Below are positions 1 to 12,104 of a DNA stretch of 21,865 nt, piece after piece (position 1 is the first letter of the stretch; each line of letters starts with the position of its first letter). The stretch is taken from the NCBI GenBank assembly GCA_043228905.1, contig JBHGNT010000518.1, positions 1 to 21,865 of the forward strand. The letters run 5' to 3'. The notes below the pieces were generated by a model. The model saw only the letters and a list, made by a program, of their open reading frames with translations. It had not been told where the DNA came from and searched no databases. The translations under genes were made by a program, and so were the position numbers. Source of the stretch: Azolla caroliniana. Taxonomy: Eukaryota; Plantae; Polypodiophyta.

Positions 1-3000
1 AACAACGCTAGCTAGGACATAGAATTAAAAAATCAAGATTTTGAAACTCAGGTCGAGAGACATGACGAAATTAACATATTTAAGGAAGGAGTTGAGAAGA
101 GCCAGTGAGTAAATTAAAATGGTCATACCTGGCTCGTGTGATATCGGATTTCTGTGTTCAAACATGCGAATCGAGGTTAACAACGCTAGCTATGATATTG
201 AATTGAAAAATTAGAATTTTAAAACTGAGGCCGAGAGACATGAGGAAATTAGCAAATTTGAGGAGGTAGTGGAGAAGAGTGTGTCAGTAAATTAAAATGT
301 TCATACCTGGCACGTGTGATATCGGATTTCTGTGTTCAAACATGCGAATCGAAGCTAACAACGCTAGCTATGATATAGAATTAAAAAATCAAGATTTTGA
401 AACTCAGGTCGAGAGACATGACGAAATTAACACATTTGAGGAGGGAGTGGAGAAGAGTGCGTCAGGAAATTAAAATGTTCATACCTGGCTCGTGTGATAT
501 CAGATTTTTGTGTTCAAACATGCGAATCAAAGTTAACCATGCTAGCTATGATATTGAATTGACAAATTATAATTTTAAAACTGAGGCCGAGAGACATGAG
601 GAAAGTAACAAATTTGAGGAGGTAGTGGAGAAGAGTACGTCAGTAAATTAAAATGTTCATACCCGGCACGTGTCATATCGGATATTTGTGTTCAAACATG
701 CGAATCGAAGATAACAACGCTAGGTATGATATAGAATTAAAAAATCGAGATTTTGAAACTTAGGTCGAGAGACATGACGAAATTAACATATTTAAGGAGG
801 GAGTTGAGAAGAGCCAGTGAGTAAATTAAAATGTTCATACCTGGCTCGTGTGATATCGGATTTTTGTGTTCAAACATGCGAATCGAAGCTAACAACGCTA
901 GCTATGATATAGAATTAAAAAATCGAGATTTTGAAACTCAGGTCGAGAGACATGAGGAAATTAGCATATTTGAGGAGGGAGTTGAGAAGTGCCAGTGTGT
1001 AAATTAAAATGGTCATAGCTGGCTCGTGTGATATCGGATTTATGTGTTCAAACATGCGACTCGAAGATAACAACGCTAGCTATGACATAGAATTAAAAAA
1101 TCGAGATTTTGAAACTCAGGTCGAGAGACATGACAAAATTAACATATTTAAGGAGGGAGTTGAGAAGAGCCAGTGAGTAAATTAAAATGGTCATACCTGG
1201 CTCGTGTGATATCGGATTTCTGTGTTCAAACATGCGAATCGAGGTTAACAACGCTAGCTATGATATTGAATTGAAAAATTAGAATTTTAAAACTGAGGCC
1301 GAGAGACATGAGGAAATTAGCAAATTTGAGGAGGTAGTGGAGAAGAGTGTGTCAGTAAATTAAAATGTTCATACCTGGCACGTGTGATATCGGATTTCTG
1401 TGTTCAAACATGCGAATCGAAGCTAACAACGCTAGCTATGATATAGAGTTAAAAAATCAAGATTTTGAAACTCAGGTCGAGAGACATGACGAAATTAACA
1501 CATTTGAGGAGGGAGTGGAGAAGAGTGCGTCAGGAAATTAAAATGTTCATACCTGGCTCGTGTGATATCAGATTTTTGTGTTCAAACATGCGAATCAAAG
1601 TTAACCATGCTAGCTATGATATTGAATTGACAAATTATAATTTTAAAACTGAGGCCGAGAGACATGAGGAAAGTAACAAATTTGAGGAGGTAGTGGAGAA
1701 GAGTACGTCAGTAAATTAAAATGTTCATACCCGGCACGTGTCATATCGGATATTTGTGTTCAAACATGCGAATCGAAGATAACAACGCTAGGTATGATAT
1801 AGAATTAAAAAATCGAGATTTTGAAACTTAGGTCGAGAGACATGACGAAATTAACATATTTAAGGAGGGAGTTGAGAAGAGCCAGTGAGTAAATTAAAAT
1901 GTTCATACCTGGCTCGTGTGATATCGGATTTTTGTGTTCAAACATGCGAATCGAAGCTAACAACGCTAGCTATGATATAGAATTAAAAAATCGAGATTTT
2001 GAAACTCAGGTCGAGAGACATGAGGAAATTAGCATATTTGAGGAGGGAGTTGAGAAGTGCCAGTGTGTAAATTAAAATGGTCATAGCTGGCTCGTGTGAT
2101 ATCGGATTTATGTGTTCAAACATGCGACTCGAAGATAACAACGCTAGCTATGACATAGAATTAAAAAATCGAGATTTTGAAACTCAGGTCGAGAGACATG
2201 ACAAAATTAACATATTTAAGGAGGGAGTTGAGAAGAGCCAGTGAGTAAATTAAAATGGTCATACCTGGCTCGTGTGATATCGGATTTCTGTGTTCAAACA
2301 TGCGAATCGAGGTTAACAACGCTAGCTATGATATTGAATTGAAAAATTAGAATTTTAAAACTGAGGCCGAGAGACATGAGGAAATTAGCAAATTTGAGGA
2401 GGTAGTGGAGAAGAGTGTGTCAGTAAATTAAAATGTTCATACCTGGCACGTGTGATATCGGATTTCTGTGTTCAAACATGCGAATCGAAGCTAACAACGC
2501 TAGCTATGATATAGAGTTAAAAAATCAAGATTTTGAAACTCAGGTCGAGAGACATGACGAAATTAACACATTTGAGGAGGGAGTGGAGAAGAGTGCGTCA
2601 GGAAATTAAAATGTTCATACCTGGCTCGTGTGATATCAGATTTTTGTGTTCAAACATGCGAATCAAAGTTAACCATGCTAGCTATGATATTGAATTGACA
2701 AATTATAATTTTAAAACTGAGGCCGAGAGACATGAGGAAAGTAACAAATTTGAGGAGGTAGTGGAGAAGAGTACGTCAGTAAATTAAAATGTTCATACCT
2801 GGCACGTGTGATATCGGATATTTGTGTTCAAACATGCGAATCGAAGATAACAACGCTAGGTATGATATAGAATTAAAAAATCAAGATTTTGAAACTTAGG
2901 TCGAGAGACATGACGAAATTAACATATTTAAGGAGGGAGTTGAGAAGAGCCAGTGAGTAAATTAAAATGTTCATACCTGGCTCGTGTGATATCGGATTTT

Positions 3001-4272
3001 TGTGTTCAAACATGCGAATCGAAGCTAACAACGCTAGCTATGATATAGAATTAAAAAATCGAGATTTTGAAACTCAGGTCGAGAGACATGAGGAAATTAG
3101 CATATTTGAGGAGGGAGTTGAGAAGTGCCAGTGTGTAAATTAAAATGGTCATAGCTGGCTCGTGTGATATCGGATTTATGTGTTCAAACATGCGACTCGA
3201 AGATAACAACGCTAGCTAGGACATAGAATTAAAAAATCAAGATTTTGAAACTCAGGTCGAGAGACATGACGAAATTAACATATTTAAGGAAGGAGTTGAG
3301 AAGAGCCAGTGAGTAAATTAGAATGGTCATACCTGGCTCGTGTGATATCGGATTTCTGTGTTCAAACATGCGAATCGAGGTTAACAACGCTAGCTATGAT
3401 ATTGAATTGAAAAATTAGAATTTTAAAACTGAGGCCGAGAGACATGAGGAAATTAGCAAATTTGAGGAGGTAGTGGAGAAGAGTGTGTCAGTAAATTAAA
3501 ATGTTCATACCTGGCACGTGTGATATCGGATTTCTGTGTTCAAACATGCGAATCGAAGCTAACAACGCTAGCTATGATATAGAATTAAAAAATCAAGATT
3601 TTGAAACTCAGGTCGAGAGACATGACGAAATTAACACATTTGAGGAGGGAGTGGAGAAGAGTGCGTCAGGAAATTAAAATGTTCATACCTGGCTCGTGTG
3701 ATATCAGATTTTTGTGTTCAAACATGCGAATCAAAGTTAACCATGCTAGCTATGATATTGAATTGACAAATTATAATTTTAAAACTGAGGCCGAGAGACA
3801 TGAGGAAAGTAACAAATTTGAGGAGGTAGTGGAGAAGAGTACGTCAGTAAATTAAAATGTTCATACCCGGCACGTGTGATATCGGATATTTGTGTTCAAA
3901 CATGCGAATCGAAGATAACAACGCTAGGTATGATATAGAATTAAAAAATCGAGATTTTGAAACTTAGGTCGAGAGACATGACGAAATTAACATATTTAAG
4001 GAGGGAGTTGAGAAGAGCCAGTGAGTAAATTAAAATGTTCATACCTGGCTCGTGTGATATCGGATTTTTGTGTTCAAACATGCGAATCGAAGCTAACAAC
4101 GCTAGCTATGATATAGAATTAAAAAATCGAGATTTTGAAACTCAGGTCGAGAGACATGAGGAAATTAGCATATTTGAGGAGGGAGTTGAGAAGTGCCAGT
4201 GTGTAAATTAAAATGGTCATAGCTGGCTCGTGTGATATCGGATTTATGTGTTCAAACATGCGACTCGAAGAT
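1..4272. repeat. 6-monomer higher-order repeat (1068 bp, monomers A-B-C-D-E-F), four tandem copies
   Basis: Diagnostic variants recur every 1068 bp, e.g. GAGTGCGTCAGGAAAT, AAAGTTAACCATGC, GAGTACGTCAG, ACGCTAGGTATG, AAGTGCCAGTGTGT, GCGACTCGAAGAT. Identical spurious ORFs start at 397, 1465, 2533 and 3601. Confidence 0.97.
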
Positions 4273-4628
4273 AACAACCCTAGCTATGACATAGAATTAA
4301 GAGATCGAGATTTTGAAACTCAGGTCGAGAGACATGACAAAATTAACATATTTAAGGAGGGAGTTGAGAAGAGCCAGTGAGTAAATTAAAATGTTCATAC
4401 CTGGCTCGTGTGATATCGGATTTTTGTGTTCAAACATTCGAATCGAAGCTAACAACGCTAGCTATGATATAGAATTAAAAAATCGAGATTTTGAAACTCA
4501 GGTCGAGAGACATGAGGAAATTAGCATATTTGAGGAGGGAGTTGAGAAGTGCCAGTGTGTAAATTAAAATGGTCATACGTGGCTCGTGTGATATCGGATT
4601 TCTGTGTTCAAACATGCGAATCGAAGCT

Positions 4629-5518
4629 AACAAGGCTAGCTATGACATAGAATTAAAAAATCAAGATTTTGAAACTCAGGTCGAGAGACATGACGAAATT
4701 AACATATTTAAGGAAGGAGTTGAGAAGAGCCAGTGACTAAATTAAAATGGTCATACCTGGCTCGTGTGATATCGGATTTCTGTGTTCAAACATGCGAATC
4801 GAGGTTAACAACGCTAGCTATGATATTGAATTGAAAAATTAGAATTTTAAAACTGAGGCCGAGAGACATGAGGAAATTAGCAAATTTGAGGAGGTAGTGG
4901 AGAAGAGTGCGTCAGGAAATTAAAATGTTCATACCTGGCTCGTGTGATATCAGATTTTTGTGTTCAAACATGCGAATCAAAGTTAACCATGCTAGCTATG
5001 ATATTGAATTGACAAATTATAATTTTAAAACTGAGGCCGAGAGACATGAGGAAAGTAACAAATTTGAGGAGGTAGTGGAGAAGAGTACGTCAGTAAATTA
5101 AAATGTTCATACCTGGCACGTGTGATATCGGATATTTGTGTTCAAACATGCGAATCGAAGATAACAACGCTAGGTATGATATAGAATTAAAAAATCGAGA
5201 TTTTGAAACTTAGGTCGAGAGACATGATGAAATTAACATATTTAAGGAGGGAGTTGAGAAGAGCCAGTGAGTAAATTAAAATGTTCATACCTGGCTCGTG
5301 TGATATCAGATTTTTGTGTTCAAACATGCGAATCGAAGCTAACAACGCTAGCTATGATATAGAATTAAAAAATCGAGATTTTGAAACTCAGGTCGAGAGA
5401 CATGAGGAAATTAGCATATTTGAGGAGGGAGTTGAGAAGTGCCAGTGTGTAAATTAAAATGGTCATAGCTGGCTCGTGTGATATCGGATTTATGTGTTCA
5501 AACATGCGACTCGAAGAT
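4629..5518. repeat. Truncated 5-monomer variant of the 6-mer HOR (A, B/C chimera, D, E, F)
   Basis: The monomer at 4807 has a B-type 5' part (AAAATTAGAATTTTAAAACTGAGGCC...GAGGTAGTGG) joined to a C-type 3' part (GTGCGTCAGGAAAT...ATCAGATTTT...AATCAAAGTT). D, E and F then follow in order. Confidence 0.92.
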
Positions 5519-8500
5519 AACAACGCTAGCTATGACATAGAATTAAGAGATCGAGATTTTGAAACTCAGGTCGAGAGACATGACAAAATTAACATATTTA
5601 AGGAGGGAGTTGAGAAGAGCCAGTGAGTAAATTAAAATGTTCATACCTGGCTCGTGTGATATCGGATTTTTGTGTTCAAACATTCGAATCGAAGCTAACA
5701 AGGCTAGCTATGACATAGAATTAAAAAATCGAGATTTTGAAACTCAGGTCGAGAGACATGACAAAATTAACATATTTAAGGAGGCAGTTGAGAAGAGCCA
5801 GTGAGTAAATTAAAATGGTCATGCCTGGCTCGTGTGATATCGGATTTCTGTGTTCAAAGATGCGAATCGAAGCTAACAACGCTAGCTATGATATAGAATT
5901 AAAAAATCGAGATTTTGAAACTCAGATCGAGAGACATGCGGAAATTAGCATATTTGAGGAGGGAGTTGAGAAGAGCCAGTGAGTAAATTAAAATGGTCAT
6001 ACCTGGCTCGTGTGATATCGGATTTCTGTGTTCAAACATGCGAATCGAAGCTAACAAGGCTAGCTATGATATAGAATTAAAAAATCGAGATTTTGAAACT
6101 GACGTCGAAAGATATGAGGAAATTAGCATGTTGGAGGAGGGAGTTGAGAAGAGCGAGTGAGTAAATTAAAATGGTCATACCTGGCTCGTGTGATATCGGA
6201 TTTCTGTGGCCAAACATGCGAATCGAAGCTAACAAGGCTAGCTATGACATAGAATTAAAAAATCGAGATTTTGAAACTCAGGTCGAGAGACATGAGGAAA
6301 TTAGCATATTTGAGGAGGGAGTTGAGAAGAGCGAGTGAGTAAATTAAACTGGTCAAACCTGGCACGTGTGATATCCGATTTCTCTGTTCAAACATGCGAA
6401 TCGAAGCTAACAGCGCTAGCTTTGATATAGAATTTAAAAATCAAGATTTTGAAACTCACGTCGAAAGACATGAGGAAATTAGAATATTTGAGGAGGGAGT
6501 TGAGAAGAGCTAGTGAGTAAATTAAAATGTTCATACCTGGCTCGTGTGATATCGGATTTTTGTGTTCAAACATGCGAATCGAAGCTAACAACGCTAGCTA
6601 TCATATAGAATTAAAAAATCGAGATTTTGAAACTCAGGTCGAGAGACATGAGGAAATTAGCATATTTCAAGAAGGAGTTGAGAAGAGCCAGTCAGTAAAT
6701 TAAAATGTTCAGACCTGGCACGTGTGATATGGGATTTTTGTGTTCAAACATGCGAATCGAAGATAACAATGCTAGCTATGATATAGAATTAAATAATCGA
6801 GATTTTGAAACTCAGGTCGAGAGACATGAAGAAATTACAATATTTGAGGAGGGAGTTGAGAAGAGCTAGTGAGTAAATTAAAATGTTCATACCTGGCTCG
6901 TGTGATATCGGATTTTTGTGTTCAAACATGCGAATCGAAGCTAACAACGCTAGCTATGATATAGAATTAAAAAATTGAGATTTTGAAACTCAGGTCGAGA
7001 GACATGAGGAAATTAGCGTATTTAAGGAAGGAGTTGAGAAGAGCCAGTCAGTAAATTAAAATGTTCATACCTGGGACGTCTGATATCGGATTTTTGTGTT
7101 CAAACATGCGAATCGAAGATAACAACGCTAGCTATGATATAGAATTAAATAATCGAGATTTTAAAACTCAGGTCGAGAGACATGAAGAAATTACAATATT
7201 TGAGGAGGGAGTTGAGAAGAGCTAGTCAGTAAATTAAAATGTTCATACCTGGCTCGTGTGATATCGGATTTCTGTGTTCAAACATGCGAATCGAAGCTAA
7301 CAACGCTAGCTATGATATAGAATTAAAAAATCAAGATTTTGAAACTGACGTCGAAAGACATGAGGAAATTAGCATGTTGGAGGAGGGAGTTGAGAAAAGC
7401 GAGTGAGTAAATTAAAATGGTCATACCTGGCTCGTGTGATATCGGATTTCTGTGTTCAAACATGCGAATCGAAACTAACAAGGCTAGCTATGATATAGAA
7501 TTAAAAAATCAAGATTTTGAAACTCAGGTCGAGAGACATGCCGAAATTAGCATATTTGAGGAGGGAGTTGAGAAGAGCCAGTGAGTAAATTAAAATGGTC
7601 ATACCTGGCTCGTGTGATATCGGATTTCTGTGTTCAAACATGCAAATCGAAGCTAACAAGGCTAGCTATGATATAGAATTAAAAAATCAAGATTTTGAAA
7701 CTGACGTCGAAAGACATGAGGAAATTAGCATGTTGGAGGAGGGAGTTGAGAAGAGCGAGTGAGTAAATTAAAATGGTCATACCTGGCTCGTGTGATATCG
7801 GATTTTTGTGTTCAAACATGCGAATCGAAACTAACAAGCCTAGCTATGATATAGAATTAAAAATTTGTGATTTTGAAACTCAGGTCGAGAGACATGAGGA
7901 AATTAGCATATTTGAGGAGGGAGTTGAGAAGAGCCAGTGAGTAAATTAAAATGGTCATACCTGGCTCGTGTAATATCGGATTTCTGTGTTCAAACATGCG
8001 AATCGAAACTAACAAGGCTAGCTATGATATAGAATTAAAAAATCGTGATTTTGAAACTCAGGTCGAGAGACATGAGGAAATTAGCATATTTGAGGAGGGA
8101 GTTGAGAAGAGCCAGGTAGTAAATTAAAATGGTCATACCTGGCTTGTGTGATATCGGATTTCTGTGTTCAAACATGCAAATCGAAGCTAACAAGGCTAGC
8201 TATGATACAGAATTAAAAAATCGAGATTTTGAAACTGACGTCGAAAGACATGAGGAAATTAGCATGTTGGAGGAGGGAGTTGAGAAGAGCGAGTGAGTAA
8301 ATTAAAATGGTCATACCTGGCTCGTGTGATATCGGATTTCTATGTTCAAACATGCGAATCGAAACTAACAAGGCTAGCTATGATATAGAATTAAAAAATC
8401 GAGATTTTGAAACTCAGGTCGAGAGACATGAAGAAATTAGCATATTTGAGGAGGGAGTTGAGAAGAGCGTGTGAGTAAATTAAAATGGTCATACCTGGCT

Positions 8501-11500
8501 CGTGTGATATCGGATTTCTGTGTTCAAACATGCGAATCGAAACTAACAAGGCTAGCTATGATATAGACTTAAAAAATCGTGATTTTGAAACTCAGGTCGA
8601 GAGACATGAGGAAATTAGCATATTTGAGGAGGGAGTTGAGAAGTGCCAGTGTGTAAATTAAAATGGTCATAGCTGGCTCGTGTGATATCGGATTTATGTG
8701 TTCAAACATGCGACTCGAAGATAACAACGCTAGCTATGACATAGAATTAAGAGATCGAGATTTTGAAACTCAGGTCGAGAGACATGACAAAATTAACATA
8801 TTTAAGGAGGGAGTTGAGAAGAGCCAGTGAGTAAATTAAAATGTTCATACCTGGCTCGTGTGATATCGGATTTTTGTGTTCAAACATTCGAATCGAAGCT
8901 AACAAGGCTAGCTATGACATAGAATTAAAAAATCGAGATTTTGAAACTCAGGTCGAGAGACATGACAAAATTAACATATTTAAGGAGGCAGTTGAGAAGA
9001 GCCAGTGAGTAAATTAAAATGGTCATGCCTGGCTCGTGTGATATCGGATTTCTGTGTTCAAAGATGCGAATCGAAGCTAACAACGCTAGCTATGATATAG
9101 AATTAAAAAATCGAGATTTTGAAACTCAGATCGAGAGACATGCGGAAATTAGCATATTTGAGGAGGGAGTTGAGAAGAGCCAGTGAGTAAATTAAAATGG
9201 TCATACCTGGCTCGTGTGATATCGGATTTCTGTGTTCAAACATGCGAATCGAAGCTAACAAGGCTAGCTATGATATAGAATTAAAAAATCGAGATTTTGA
9301 AACTGACGTCGAAAGATATGAGGAAATTAGCATGTTGGAGGAGGGAGTTGAGAAGAGCGAGTGAGTAAATTAAAATGGTCATACCTGGCTCGTGTGATAT
9401 CGGATTTCTGTGGCCAAACATGCGAATCGAAGCTAACAAGGCTAGCTATGACATAGAATTAAAAAATCGAGATTTTGAAACTCAGGTCGAGAGACATGAG
9501 GAAATTAGCATATTTGAGGAGGGAGTTGAGAAGAGCGAGTGAGTAAATTAAACTGGTCAAACCTGGCACGTGTGATATCCGATTTCTCTGTTCAAACATG
9601 CGAATCGAAGCTAACAGCGCTAGCTTTGATATAGAATTTAAAAATCAAGATTTTGAAACTCACGTCGAAAGACATGAGGAAATTAGAATATTTGAGGAGG
9701 GAGTTGAGAAGAGCTAGTGAGTAAATTAAAATGTTCATACCTGGCTCGTGTGATATCGGATTTTTGTGTTCAAACATGCGAATCGAAGCTAACAACGCTA
9801 GCTATCATATAGAATTAAAAAATCGAGATTTTGAAACTCAGGTCGAGAGACATGAGGAAATTAGCATATTTCAAGAAGGAGTTGAGAAGAGCCAGTCAGT
9901 AAATTAAAATGTTCAGACCTGGCACGTGTGATATGGGATTTTTGTGTTCAAACATGCGAATCGAAGATAACAATGCTAGCTATGATATAGAATTAAATAA
10001 TCGAGATTTTGAAACTCAGGTCGAGAGACATGAAGAAATTACAATATTTGAGGAGGGAGTTGAGAAGAGCTAGTGAGTAAATTAAAATGTTCATACCTGG
10101 CTCGTGTGATATCGGATTTTTGTGTTCAAACATGCGAATCGAAGCTAACAACGCTAGCTATGATATAGAATTAAAAAATTGAGATTTTGAAACTCAGGTC
10201 GAGAGACATGAGGAAATTAGCGTATTTAAGGAAGGAGTTGAGAAGAGCCAGTCAGTAAATTAAAATGTTCATACCTGGGACGTCTGATATCGGATTTTTG
10301 TGTTCAAACATGCGAATCGAAGATAACAACGCTAGCTATGATATAGAATTAAATAATCGAGATTTTAAAACTCAGGTCGAGAGACATGAAGAAATTACAA
10401 TATTTGAGGAGGGAGTTGAGAAGAGCTAGTCAGTAAATTAAAATGTTCATACCTGGCTCGTGTGATATCGGATTTCTGTGTTCAAACATGCGAATCGAAG
10501 CTAACAACGCTAGCTATGATATAGAATTAAAAAATCAAGATTTTGAAACTGACGTCGAAAGACATGAGGAAATTAGCATGTTGGAGGAGGGAGTTGAGAA
10601 AAGCGAGTGAGTAAATTAAAATGGTCATACCTGGCTCGTGTGATATCGGATTTCTGTGTTCAAACATGCGAATCGAAACTAACAAGGCTAGCTATGATAT
10701 AGAATTAAAAAATCAAGATTTTGAAACTCAGGTCGAGAGACATGCCGAAATTAGCATATTTGAGGAGGGAGTTGAGAAGAGCCAGTGAGTAAATTAAAAT
10801 GGTCATACCTGGCTCGTGTGATATCGGATTTCTGTGTTCAAACATGCAAATCGAAGCTAACAAGGCTAGCTATGATATAGAATTAAAAAATCAAGATTTT
10901 GAAACTGACGTCGAAAGACATGAGGAAATTAGCATGTTGGAGGAGGGAGTTGAGAAGAGCGAGTGAGTAAATTAAAATGGTCATACCTGGCTCGTGTGAT
11001 ATCGGATTTTTGTGTTCAAACATGCGAATCGAAACTAACAAGCCTAGCTATGATATAGAATTAAAAATTTGTGATTTTGAAACTCAGGTCGAGAGACATG
11101 AGGAAATTAGCATATTTGAGGAGGGAGTTGAGAAGAGCCAGTGAGTAAATTAAAATGGTCATACCTGGCTCGTGTAATATCGGATTTCTGTGTTCAAACA
11201 TGCGAATCGAAACTAACAAGGCTAGCTATGATATAGAATTAAAAAATCGTGATTTTGAAACTCAGGTCGAGAGACATGAGGAAATTAGCATATTTGAGGA
11301 GGGAGTTGAGAAGAGCCAGGTAGTAAATTAAAATGGTCATACCTGGCTTGTGTGATATCGGATTTCTGTGTTCAAACATGCAAATCGAAGCTAACAAGGC
11401 TAGCTATGATACAGAATTAAAAAATCGAGATTTTGAAACTGACGTCGAAAGACATGAGGAAATTAGCATGTTGGAGGAGGGAGTTGAGAAGAGCGAGTGA

Positions 11501-11847
11501 GTAAATTAAAATGGTCATACCTGGCTCGTGTGATATCGGATTTCTATGTTCAAACATGCGAATCGAAACTAACAAGGCTAGCTATGATATAGAATTAAAA
11601 AATCGAGATTTTGAAACTCAGGTCGAGAGACATGAAGAAATTAGCATATTTGAGGAGGGAGTTGAGAAGAGCGTGTGAGTAAATTAAAATGGTCATACCT
11701 GGCTCGTGTGATATCGGATTTCTGTGTTCAAACATGCGAATCGAAACTAACAAGGCTAGCTATGATATAGACTTAAAAAATCGTGATTTTGAAACTCAGG
11801 TCGAGAGACATGAGGAAATTAGCATATTTGAGGAGGGAGTTGAGAAG
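5377..11847. repeat. Tandem duplication of an 18-monomer block (period 3204 bp), two apparently identical copies
   Basis: Rare variants pair at +3204: TGTGGCCAAAC (about 6185/9389-9420 monomer pair M35/M53), GAGAAAAGCG (M42/M60), GCCAGGTAGT (M46/M64), CCTGGGACGTCTG (M40/M58). Identical minus-strand ORFs start at 6388 and 9592. Identity breaks at 5376/8580 and at 8644/11848. Confidence 0.96.
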
Positions 11848-12104
11848 AGCCAGTGAGTAAATTAAAATAGTCATACCGGGCTCGTGTGATATCGGATTTC
11901 TGTGTTCAAACATGCAAATCGAAGCTAACAAGGCTAGCTATGATATAGACTTAAAAAATCGTGATTTTGAAACTCAGGTCGAGAGACATGAGGAAATTAG
12001 CATATTTGAGGAGGGAGTTGAGAAGAGCCAGTGAGTAAATTAAAATAGTCATACCGGGCTCGTGTGATATCGGATTTCTGTGTTCAAACATGCAAATCGA
12101 AGCT
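11749..12104. repeat. Exact single-monomer tandem duplication (M67 = M68)
   Basis: Both monomers carry the rare combination TAGACTT, TCGTGA, AAAATAGTCATACCGGG and ATGCAAAT, and read as identical across 178 bp. Confidence 0.9.

Noticed and set aside
80-102. GGAGG Shine-Dalgarno-like or G-quadruplex motif in the purine tract
   Set aside because: There is no downstream gene and the context is a eukaryote-type satellite. The tract has at most one GGG run, which is insufficient for a canonical G4.
132-149. CENP-B-box-like motif GCTCGTGTGATATCGGAT
   Set aside because: The canonical core is TTCG-N4-A-N2-CGGG. Here it is CTCG-N4-A-N3-CGGA, with wrong spacing and two core mismatches, so it is not supportable as a functional box.
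397-5101. Plus-strand 84-aa ORFs (397, 1465, 2533, 3601) and the 64-aa ORF at 4907
   Set aside because: They lie wholly inside satellite monomers, start at TTG/GTG, recur at the HOR period and have no recognisable domain. They arise where monomer C/D variants happen to remove stop codons.
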